NCBI RefSeq assembly: GCF_006345805.1
Contig: NW_021831655.1
Location: 1 to 50,114, forward strand
DNA length: 50,114 bases
Direction: 5' to 3'
DNA from: Octopus sinensis
Lineage: Eukaryota
Shown here: positions 39,350-50,114 of the stretch, piece by piece
Numbering within the stretch: position 1 is the stretch's first letter
Layout: each line of letters begins with the position of its first letter
Position numbers and translations under genes: made by a program
The notes under the pieces: model-generated
Told to the model about the DNA's origin: nothing
Databases searched by the model: none
The model's input: only the letters and a program-made list of their open reading frames with translations

Positions 39350-40060
39350 TGTGTTTCAAAAACATTTGATATCATTTGAGATGTAAATATCACAGAAACT
39401 ACATATTCAAAGCAAATGAAACTAAACAAGCTTAACGTTGAGCAACATAAGATTTATTCCTCAAAATTTGAATGAGAAATTCAAAGGTATGTGGAGTCCA
39501 TGAACGAAAAGAAAAACGGGTCATGAAGATGCTTCTTGGAGATAGCGCAGAATACAGTTAGTTTTGGTGGGGCCCTGACAAGCTTAACTGTGACATGGGG
39601 ATTTTCTTTGCCCCAAATGCAAACATTATGCTTATTGACTTTGATGTTCGTATGAAATGTGGCCTCATCACTGAAAACAAGACGTTCCTTGAACTCGGTT
39701 TCTTCAAGTTTTTCTTTCATATTAACACAGAATTGTTTGCGCTTTCGTTTGTCATCTGCCGTTATGGCCTGAACGAGCTGCAGCTTGTAGGGTTTCATTA
39801 GCAAGCGTTTCCTCCGGACGTACCAAACTGTCGTTGGGGGAATCTGGGTATCCAGACTTGTTCTTCTTATGGACTTCTTGAGGCTCCGCAAGAGTTTTTG
39901 GCGAACCCGCTCTACCGTCTCTTCCGATGTTAGTGGTCGTCCAGATCCTTTTGCCCTGCACAGACAGCTTTCCTCTTTTAATTTTTTGTGCCATGTCCAA
40001 ATCTGCATTGCCTTTGGTGAATTTTTAGAGAATTCTCTCACAAATCCACGCTGCACATTC
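39347..40060 (-). mobile_element. Truncated Tc1/mariner-superfamily DNA transposon; one terminus at TA|CAGTGTGTTTCAAAA
   Basis: A TIR-like end CAGTGTGTTTC begins at 39347 after a TA within (TA)n. The transposase ORF lies inside, and the other end is replaced by a SINE at about 40065. Confidence 0.85.
39481..40056 (-). pseudogene. Partial Tc1/mariner-type transposase (DUF4817-like HTH, GSGRP linker, first catalytic D in VFSDEATFH), internally deleted
   Basis: 191 open codons: VQRGFVREF...GSGRP...SIRRTS...KPYKLQLVQ...VFSDEATFH...VNKHNVCIWGKENPH...PKLTVFCAIS. The later catalytic residues and the true N-terminus are missing. Confidence 0.9.
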
Positions 40061-40064
40061 TTGC

Positions 40065-40250
40065 CCGGCTTAAAGGATTTTGGTCGAACGAATCGACCTT
40101 AGTAGTACTTTTTTTTTATTATCTAAAAGACTAATTCATATATTGTCGACATGTTTTGCTGAACCGCTAATTACGGGGACGCAAACACAACAACCAGTTA
40201 TCAAATGATGATGGTGGAGAAACAAAGACACAAAGACAAACACACATAAC
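40065..40250 (-). mobile_element. Diverged partial SINE family B
   Basis: ttttgctgaaccgctaattacggggacgcaaacac...ggagaaacaaagacac. Confidence 0.7.
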
Positions 40251-41327
40251 GATATGCAAAGAAGACATCAAGTGTAGAAGAACAGCGGAATGAAACAACT
40301 TGCTCAAGATCTGCGTACACTGGTGTATATTCGTGATTGAATCATTGCTATACGGATGAATGCTCTTCGTACGTATGCCTTCTGGAACTCATGTGTGTTT
40401 ATCGTTAGCAGGTCTGCCCCATAGTCGTTAGCAGAGCTCTATTCAGTTTCAGAATTTCCTGAGGTTCTGAAGAGAGATAGTAACAACCAGTGTGATGCAG
40501 CTTTGGTAATGCCATATATGTGAGTTCTAAAAGAAAGATAATTATATGGCCATTTCAAGAACGTACCTTGCGCGTTGTCGTGTTTATGAATCAAAGCATC
40601 AGGATGTGCTCACCATCACCATCAACGTGGAAGAGGGTAGAAAACAATAAGAAGGAAAAGAAATGCACAAATCTAAGCTGAGATATTTTCTTGATTATAA
40701 ATCTCATTAAATATGTATTTCACGATTTTAAGGAATCAACAAATTCAGATTTGATTCTTGAATCTTAATCTTGGACTTCTATCTCAAACCATAATGCAAG
40801 TGTGTTAAAGGGACCGAATCTACAGTTGACGTATTTACTATTTATCTATCTTAATAACAAGGCAGATTTTTTAGCAATTAGAATGGCTGCTGCTGCTTGG
40901 CAGTGCTGCTGCATGCATAATAATTGTATTCAGAAGCAATCTCTTGTTTTCTATAGTGCAGCTGCATCTCCATTACCGAAGTGTTACTATTTGTATAAAG
41001 AATAGCGTGCGACCATCTGCTTCCGTAAAACCCGGTAAAATTTTATAACATCCAGATAACAATGCAGGCTCGATGTTCTTTATATCGCTATTGCAGCACC
41101 GCTAATATAACTCACATTGTTATGCAATTATGAACAAGATGAAATTGCGAAAAAAAACAAATAAAAACAATAAGAGATAAAACAAACAGTATTCTAGAAA
41201 GATGAACGTATTATCATGTTATGAATTTATGTTGTAAGATTCCTTACCGTATGTTATATTTTTGGATGGTCATTTTCTTTTGCCATATAAACACAAGTAC
41301 CATATACTCATTCTTCATTCATTTATT

Positions 41328-41716
41328 GGATGGAAGCACTCCGTCGGTTACGACGACGAGGGTTCCGGTTGATCCGAATCAACGGAACAGCCTGCTCGTG
41401 AAATTAACGTGTAAGTGGCTGAGCACTCCACAGACACGTGTACCCTTAACGTAGTTCTCGGGGATATTCAGCGTGACACAGAGAGTGACAAGGCCGGCCC
41501 TTTGAAATACAGGTACAACAGAAACAGGAAGTAAGAGTGAGAGAAAGTTGTGGTGAAAGAGTACAGCAGGGATCACCACCATCCCTTGCCGGAGCCTCGT
41601 GGAGCTTTAGGTGTTTACGCTCAATAAACACTCACAACGCCCGGTCTGAGAATCGAAAGCGCGATCCTATGACCGCGAGTCCACTGCCGTAACCACTGGG
41701 CCATTGCGCCTCCACG
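41328..41716 (-). mobile_element. Full-length tRNA(Arg-like)-derived SINE family C with a possible 11-bp TSD
   Basis: Minus head gtggaggcgcaaTGGCCCAGTGGtta...ggactcgcggtc...tttcgattctcagaccggg. ATTCATTTATT flanks both sides (41317-41327 and 41717-41727). Confidence 0.9.
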
Positions 41717-42008
41717 ATTCATTTATTACTGGTCTTGTAAATAAAAATTTATTACTACCTTTGCTTTAACTGATGTCCATTGTCCGAAGATCTTTCGTCA
41801 TACATCTCTAACCACTTCAGTGATACTGTTCGTCCTCGTGTGTCCTCTTGCTCCGCCGAGTTCGTTCTGTTCTTCTATGATGTATGTCCTTACCTCACTG
41901 AATCTATGAAAGGATAGCTTTCAAGGATACACATCACAGTAGGACAGAAAGGACTAAACGGAGCATGGGCATGTACGATGACTACACAATAATGCCTTTA
42001 TCTCTGTA

Positions 42009-42408
42009 CTAGCAGTATCGCCCGGCGTTGCTCGGGTTTGTAAGGGAAATAACTATATAAGCAATTTTAGAGAGTTATAGCCAAAAAATAGCAAAAAAAT
42101 GCATTAAAAATGGAAAAAAATGATGGTAAATTTTTTTAAAATCGTTGACTCATCGTAGACATTTTTAGAGAGTTACTTCCCTTATATAATAACGAATAAA
42201 ATGCATTAAAATGGAAAAAAGTGATGGTAATGTTTTTTTTAAATCGTAGACTCATCGTAGACGCGCGCTAATACCCAGAAGGGCTCGATATGAATCACGA
42301 CTATAAGATACCCGGTTTTGGTTAAACTGAACCGCAAAATGCGAGAGTAGTTAGGAATCTAAATCGTAGGAGACAGACAGCACACAACCTCACTTTTATA
42401 TATAAAGA
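42009..42408 (-). mobile_element. Complete non-autonomous Helitron (400 bp)
   Basis: Minus strand: A|TCTTTATATATAAAA ... hairpin CCCGAGCAACGCCGGG ... CTAG|T. It has the 5' TC, 3' CTAG, subterminal hairpin and AT target with no TSD, plus an internal ~100-bp tandem duplication. Confidence 0.9.
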
Positions 42409-42846
42409 TATAATGGTTTCTGCTTACCTAATCTAGTTATTTAAATATACTTCCTACTCCACGCTCGCTCGTCTTTTCTCCTTCTGCTAACCTCTGTCTT
42501 TCCTTCAAAATCAAACACTTAAACGTTCTTTACAGACAAAAGAGTAAATTTCCAACTCAGTATAGCGGCGAAAACATTTTCCCGTCTTATAAGGACAAAA
42601 TACTCAATCTTTGTGCTGTTTTACTGCGTTCGAAATATACTTTCTTGCCCGTAAAATACCTATTATGTAAGACACTTCCAAAGACTATATGAAAAAGTTT
42701 GTTTATATAATGTTGTTTCTCTAAAACGTGCGTTCCAATTCCACAGCTGTTATTCTATGAAATTCTGTCACCACCAAAATATTTTCCAAAACGACACCAA
42801 GTCGCATCTTTTCATACTGAACATCAATACTACTAATCACAAGTAA

Positions 42847-43032
42847 GGCGATGAGCTGGCACAAGCATTAGAAAACCGGGCAAAATGCGCCATTACATTC
42901 TGAGTTCAAATTCCGCCGTGGTTGACATCCTCTCAAAGTTGACAAAATATGTATCAACTGTGCACTGCAGTCGATGCAATCGACTTAAATCCTCCCCTAA
43001 AAGGTCTGGCCTTGGGTTAAAATTTGAAACAG
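42847..43032 (+). mobile_element. Diverged SINE family A
   Basis: ggcgatgagctggcac...cattctgagttcaaattccgccgtggttgac...gtcgatgcaatcgactta. Confidence 0.8.
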
Positions 43033-43570
43033 ATATTACCAATCATGTGAGTCTTAGATGTCCTGAGAATTTTATGAAGAACAGCCTTTAAGCAGTTCAT
43101 GTATTTTAAAATGGTTTAAAATGCTACAGAGTTTTCTTGTTGATTTATGCATATGTGAGTTTTGCTCGCTATACACTTCTCCCGCTCAACCATACCAATT
43201 TCGACGAATTCACCTGGCTATTGGTCTTGTAATATCCATTAGTTGACAATGAGTACAATATAAATTATACCTATCTATTATGCAACATTCAAACCACCTT
43301 GTACCCTGTACATATCTCTTAAACTTTCCTCCTCAGTGTAATATTTTGGAATTCCTTCCGTGTTTTTATTTTCCCTGGCGATGTTCACCTCTAGATTTGC
43401 AAATCGCCAACCACAGCAAATTTACTAGTCTGCCAGACTACACTTCTCACTTCTTTCATAAATAAATAATAATTGAAATAATTTCATATCAGATAGGAAT
43501 GTAAAATAATGATTTACTAATCTCGTAGTTAAGCGATGCTGTCTTTTATAATAATTCTTCGAGAATTTTG

Positions 43571-43745
43571 CTTACTCTGCCGTCAGCCATTTTCTCTTAT
43601 CGGACTGCGTAGATGCCAACAACCATAGCGATCATTAAAGCATTAATTCGGATTGCCAACTCATTAATTCAACACAGAAGATTAATATAGACAATAAAGT
43701 TGCTCCCCTCGACCAGCTTTCTGAACGCCATCTTGGACCACGCCC
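43571..43745 (-). promoter_or_regulatory. Promoter-like motif cluster (KLF/Sp box, two YY1-type motifs, a candidate donor)
   Basis: CCACGCCC at 43738-43745, CGCCATCTTG at 43726-43735, CAGCCATTTT at 43584-43593. Minus strand has ATG GCT GAC GGC AGA|GTAAGC at 43590-43570. Motif matches only. Confidence 0.3.
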
Positions 43746-45559
43746 ACTTGTTACTTCTCCTGCTGGAACGTGATATTAATGGCTGTTCTTAATATATATT
43801 ATCCTATAAATATAATGTTATATAAATATATTATTGTATAAATATATTAATGTTTGCAGGTGCTGGAAATAACTCATACAACTGACTTATTTACCTTTGC
43901 TTTCACTATTTAATCAGTTGAGAAATCCATCTTACCAGCATTGTATAAAATGCTGTCTCAAAGGAATTATTCCACGAAATGGTGGTTCTTGCAACTGTCA
44001 GAGAATGTGAATTGAATTACGCTACGTCAAGTTGCCATACCCAAATACACAGTTTAAGGTTTATTGAGCGTTTGAACCGTACAATTGTATCCTTCCAATC
44101 AATTCACAGATACTATGATATAAAACCTGCTCTATTAGTCCAATTTAAATTTCTATGTGAGAGCAATATTTGGTTAAACATTAATTTAATGAAGTGTATA
44201 TTCTATAAAACACCAGGAGGTCTTGTTCGAAAATTTCTGTCTTATGCGATCACAGTTGTTCAGAAATCGTCAGTCTTAATTTAATTTTTGATGTGTAAAT
44301 ATCTAAACCTAATTATAACTTTTAATATAATAAATCATTCAAAATTCGAGCAAGCAATATATTTCTGCTTTAGATATTGCAACGAGAAACCGCTTTGTTT
44401 ATCGCCGAAATATATGAAACAACGTTAATTTGTTGTAACCTATAAAATGAAGCGATATCCACGTTTAACTCTTATCAACTCTTTACATTGTGTGGAATTC
44501 ACGCACATTCAAAACTCTACTTTTACCCTCTATTTCTCTTTTGCTTGTTTTGTTCTAGCTTCTTCTTCTTTGTTTCAATATAACTGATATCCTGATATCT
44601 TCAGCCGATGATGCTTTATTAAATCTACGAAATTTCAAAGGTTCAGTTATTGTTGCTAATATTATAATTAAGTTGTTCATATTTGCGCAGGACTTAGCAA
44701 AATTGAATGGTAGAGAAACTTATATTTAAAATGCTTTCAAGATATACATTCTGTTCAAAGAAATACATACTTCACATTAATCATCGGTCTAACGAATATA
44801 TTCAATAATACCGGCATCTGATCTACAATTAGATCAACAATTATCGACACATTCCTATAATTTCTTAAAAAAAATACTCCATCTTTAACCTGTATCACTT
44901 AACAACAGTCTAGGGGAAAATACATCGAACATTATGATTCCGTTTATAGTATGATTTACTAATAAGACGTAAAAAAATCTCAGGCTGCCTCTTACATCAA
45001 AAAGGAACTCAAATTCTTTCTTATTTCCTACCGAGAATACTTTTTTCTCAGTTTTAGTTAATATAATCTTTATGATTTGCAGATCAGTTCTTTGAACGCA
45101 CACTTAGAATGGTAAACAGAGCACTAAGTGCAGACCGGGTTCCATCAATGTTATAACCGTATCACAACCACCAGCCTTCTCCTTTCCAGCATCCTAATCA
45201 CCACCATCAAACCTGCCAGGCATTTCTCTCGCTCGTGAAACATCATTGTGTCACCGCAGAGCAATATTGAAATAGCATACGATTAGAGATCTGATGGAAA
45301 CTAATACGGTACTGAGTAGTTTATTGGTTTCTATCAGCGTCGACCAATAGATTGTTAGCAGATAGAAACGGTGGTCCTGATTAGATTAAACCTACCCAGA
45401 GAAAACTGATGTCTGAATGAGCGAATGAATTATAGAGTAGCACGCTAGGTACACATAATTAAGTTTATATCCAATTAAATATTGAAATAGAATTCGAAAC
45501 ATGAACAGACATATCAAAAGATGAAAGCTAGTATTTATTACGTACGTATTGATTGAACA

Positions 45560-45561
45560 CA

Positions 45562-45593
<32 letters not shown>

Positions 45594-46001
45594 GCAAACA
45601 CATAAACGATATTCAATCCTATGAATTATATGCATATAAGAATACTTACGGATATTTATACATAATTATATGGCTGTGTTACTGAGTGAGTGTATAACAT
45701 GCGTGTGTATACATGTGCACACACACACGTACACACATATACACGCGCACAAATATATATATACATATATATAAATACATACATTAACAGGTAAAATAAT
45801 TTATGCGCATGTCTCTCTCTATACACATATAACATACATTTATATATCTTCATACATTATACGCACATACCTATGTATGTATATTGTATATATATATATA
45901 TATATATAGTAGCTACATATGCATTCATATATATGTACGTATATATAAATGTTTATGTATATATGTGAATGTGCATATGTATTAATACGTATTCATCTCA
46001 T

Positions 46002-46068
<67 letters not shown>

Positions 46069-46478
46069 CGTATGTATATATATTATGCGTATACAGTCAC
46101 TATCATTGATTCATGTACCTATACACATTGATCAACAATTTGTTGTGTACTTATATGCGTATAAATGTGCACACATATGCGCACAATATCGCACGATTAC
46201 GCATACACGTATGTGTTTCTTACGAGCTTGCGTATAAATGAAAATATGTATGTGCCGTATATTCACCTAATTATTTTAAAATACATTTAACACAACAAAA
46301 GATGCTGAATGAACAAAGGACGCCGATAAAGGTGTGTGTGTGTATGGGGGGGGGGTGATATCTGTATTTAACTGATATGGATGTATGTATGTATTTATGT
46401 ATGCATGTATGCATGCATGGATGATGTATGTGTGTATGCTTATATGTATGTATGTATGCTTACAAGCATGCATGTACG

Positions 46479-46519
<41 letters not shown>

Positions 46520-46563
46520 TATATACTTATATATGCATGCATATATATCTATATATATATATA

Positions 46564-46621
<58 letters not shown>

Positions 46622-46722
46622 GCATATATACTTATATATGCATGCATATATATCTATATATATATATATACACACTCATATACTTGTATGTACATACATG
46701 CACACACACACATATATATATT

Positions 46723-46769
<47 letters not shown>

Positions 46770-46860
46770 GCTCATACACTTGTATGTACATAGACACACT
46801 CACACACATACACACACACACAGACATATATGGATATGATATATATCATTATTATGTTCA
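45560..46860. repeat. (AC)n/(AT)n/(ATGT)n microsatellite region with local higher-order duplications
   Basis: Visible repeats; atgcatatatacttatatatgcatgcatatatatct occurs twice (about 46515 and 46620). Confidence 0.9.
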
Positions 46861-47483
46861 CACATGTTTGTATATTCACAATCATGTTTGTATGTAGGTG
46901 TATGTATATACATCTAGTATAGCTTCAAGTTATAAACGCTTATTTTCGCACACCGCAACCATCTTGAGCTAGCCTCAGTCTCCAAAGCGTTACTTGAGCA
47001 TCTGACGAAGCTGTTCGATTTTGTAAATAGAATTACTTGCCAATAATGTTTGTATCCAAGGTTGACATTTCTCACATTCCAATGATTCGGCAAATATCTA
47101 AAGACCCAGTAACTGTCAGTGATTAGTAGTGCGGTCTTTCGAATAACCAAACGGGAAATATTAATTTCTTTAGCTACGACTAAGGCTTGTAATCAATTAC
47201 GTTAATTATTATTATGTAACCGCTATATATTTCATTGAAGAGAAAACAACGAGTAATTGGCATGGAATTGTATGGAAAACTTAAAGGGACATAAAAGCAA
47301 AGACTACAAAAGATTTAGTGTGCAGCATATTAGAGGCTCCCTCTTTATTCTCTTTCAACCTGTATGTAATGCTGGGCTGTTTGTGGGCACCGGAAAGTCT
47401 GAAGAATGATGTCAGTTCGAAATATAGAGAAAGAGCGAAGCGCTTTCGTTTCGTATTGTTAGAAATTTAACAAAGATAATTAT

Positions 47484-47715
47484 TCTTTTGCTTGTTTCAA
47501 TCATTTGATTACAGCCATGCTGGAGTACCGCCCTTAGTCGAGCAAATCGACCCCAGGACTTATTCTTTGCAAGCCTAGTATTTATTCTATCGGTCTCTTT
47601 TGCCGAACCGGTAAGTTACGGGGATGTAAACACACAAGAATCGGTTGTCAAGCGAGGTTGGTAGGTGGGGGGACAAACACAGACACACAAACATACACAT
47701 ACAGACACAGACACA
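47484..47715 (-). mobile_element. SINE family B, 3' half
   Basis: cagccatgctggagtaccgcccttagtcgagcaaatcgaccccaggacttattctttgcaagcctagta...ggacaaacacagacacac. Confidence 0.9.
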
Positions 47716-49178
47716 CACAACGCCAAAGGGACTTTCTCATTGCGTTGCATAATGGTCAACTACTACGACCATAGTTTCGAGCTGTCAGGGGAGTTATATG
47801 TGAAAATGGGGAGCGAAACTGCGCTGCGTAGGAGGCACCCACATATATTGTAGTCATAATTTAACAGTTTAATTTTGTTATGTTGCCTTCCGAATTTGGC
47901 TTGGAATTTATTTGAAGAATACCTGTTAGATGTAGACTGAAGTAATTATATGTAAAGTTTAATTAGCAGGGCATAGAAGTGATCGATAAACTAAATCCGA
48001 AACATCAAAACAAAAGGACGATGGAACAACATTTGACGAATATGGCAAATTCTTTTAAGTTCAAATGCATTCGGTTGGTTCACGTGTCTCAATCGTTTAT
48101 TCGCATAAGCAAGCATTCAATCTACAAACACTATGACATCAAAATTTTAATTTTATGTTGTAGGGCGGATGGTAAGGTTTATGATATTTAAGTAGATCAG
48201 CTGAATACGACCGTGTAGCGATACTAGCTTTATACATAGCAATAAGTGAGAGAAAATTGTGTCGATTGGAAATATAAATTGATTGCTGATTAGACTGAAC
48301 ATGAGTTTCTGTTCACCTCTAAGTAATTTGCCAACGTTATTAAGTGTTTTTGACAAGACTGTGAAATATGAAGTATATGAAGTATATGAAGACATGGGAA
48401 TTAGAAAAAGATTAAACAGAAGGTATCAAAATGGTAAGTGGAGCAGAAAGATTTCCCCTATAAATTAAGATCATATTGACTCTCATTTTCCCTGATCTAT
48501 GATCGCTAATGAAGTAATCAGTCTCTTTAAGATCGTGATCGTAATGAGTCAGTGATTTTAAATTGGTAACGGGATCATCAAGATAAGTTCGTTCTAGTGT
48601 GAATGTGGTTCAGTCGGTCTTGCGTAGATTTTTTTTTCTTAATTTCATGTTACTAAGTAACATGTGGAAAATCATATGCATGGGTGGAAGAACATGGAAA
48701 GATGATTCCATGACTCTGTAAGATCGGCGCTGAACGCTTAATTGAGATATTCATGACATCAAATTTGTCCCCCTTGGATACAGCGATAATTTGCATTAAC
48801 TTATTTCTCTCGCATTAGTGCAAAAGAAAGAAATACTTCTTCCTTCTCTTACACTGGAGCAGCTCAAGTAAATCAACTCTAATAGCATCATAATTGTGAA
48901 TTACAAATGTTTTGTTTGAATACTATATTGTACTACAAAAGAAAAAAGAAATACTCTTTCAATAATATGCTGTTTCAAATCTGATTTCTGCCTCGCAACT
49001 TAACGCCTTCCCATCGAAGCTGACAGTTTCTCGAAGGCTAACCATTAAGCTACTACTGTAGCATGTAGCCCCCAGGAGGACACACTGGCTATTGACACAC
49101 TTTCTGTGCCTTATATATATATATATATATAACGAGATAGATAAAGAAGGTGAAATATATATATATATATACCCATAT

Positions 49179-49244
<66 letters not shown>

Positions 49245-49929
49245 TTATATATATATATATCTACATATATATGTGTATATATGTGTATTATGAGTGTGCG
49301 TGTGCATGTGTATGCGTCTCTGTGTGTGTGTATGCAAACCTGTAACCAGACTCTAATCGAACCCTTGATTGATGAATGACGTTGTCTAGGACATCGTGGA
49401 ATTTTTAGAGGCATTGAAAGCTTTCCTTTATGTTCCCTAGTATTTTATAAGACTGAACTTGTGGACCCTGAACAAAATGCTTGAACCGGAGATGAACCTT
49501 ACAACAACAAGCCACTTCACGCGTATGATGGTATCGAATGAGAAAATTAGCGGAAGCCTACGTTGCGATTCTGAAGAGAAAAATGTAAGACACCATGGAA
49601 TAATGAGAACCAAAGAATGAAAGTTTTAATCCTTTAACAATTTCGGTTTTCTTCTACTGGTCACTCATTTTCAACGCTGGTTGGTGTAGATTCTTTCGGT
49701 ATTGTATTCGTTTATTTATTTAACGAACGATATAACCTGACTGCCAACATGGCGAGAATCTGCTGTCGTAAATTTAACTGACTGTATCACCAGCAGAACA
49801 TAGTTTAGTAAACCTGATTTCTTAAGACTCTAAATTACGGTAAAGAAAATAGTCAGCATAAAGAAAGCATCGCTTTATATGCGGTTGCAAATGTAATCAA
49901 TAGCATTGGTACATCTCCATATCTCTCTT

Positions 49930-50114
49930 TCCTTGCTTCCTAACCACATGGTTCCGCGTTCAGTCCCAGTGCGTGGGACCGTGGGTAAATATCTTATACT
50001 ATAGTCTCGGCCAGATCGAGGCCTTACAAGTAGATTTAGTTGACAGAAACTGAAAGAAGCTCGTCGTATATATATATATGCATATATTTATGTGTATGTA
50101 TCTGTGTTTGTCCC
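49930..50114 (+). mobile_element. SINE family B 5' part, cut by the window edge
   Basis: cttgcttcctaaccacatggttccgcgttcagtcccagtgcg...gacagaaactgaaagaagctcgtcgtatat...gtgtttgtccc. Confidence 0.85.

Noticed and set aside
40453-40519. Exon-like stretch (FPEVLKRDSNNQCDAAL) with AG acceptor and GTAATG/GTGAGT donors
   Set aside because: The polypyrimidine tract is weak, the stretch is very short, and there is no recognisable protein or partner exons.
41640-41716. Possible tRNA-Arg gene (similar heads at 1760-1902, 20027-20093 and 24330-24405)
   Set aside because: A/B boxes are present, but there is no proper 7-bp acceptor stem or T-run terminator, and the sequence continues into SINE body. These are SINE heads.

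Overview
This is AT-rich, microsatellite-saturated eukaryotic DNA. The SINE families, the (AT)n/(GATA)n/(ACAT)n/(TAA)n load and the LINE relics look like an Octopus (coleoid cephalopod) genome; this is recognition by eye, not a database result. I found no convincing host protein-coding gene, so the window is probably intergenic or a very large intron. Nearly all ORFs in the supplied track are microsatellite translations. The only clearly recognisable protein ORF is a truncated Tc1/mariner-superfamily transposase (39481-40056, minus). Other elements are at least three tRNA-derived SINE families, a complete 400-bp non-autonomous Helitron (42009-42408), two fold-back/MITE-like elements, and decayed Tx1/L1-like and R4/Dong-like LINE fragments. 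The most interesting signal is RNA-structural: two families of minimal type I hammerhead ribozyme motifs in Penelope-like repeat modules. One copy has an intact catalytic core (22048-22083). The second family is joined through an (AAT)n linker to a head-to-head twin tRNA-like palindrome carrying Pol III A/B boxes (1575-1905 and 24313-24885), giving a candidate Pol III-driven, self-cleaving retroelement. Activity and novelty are untested.
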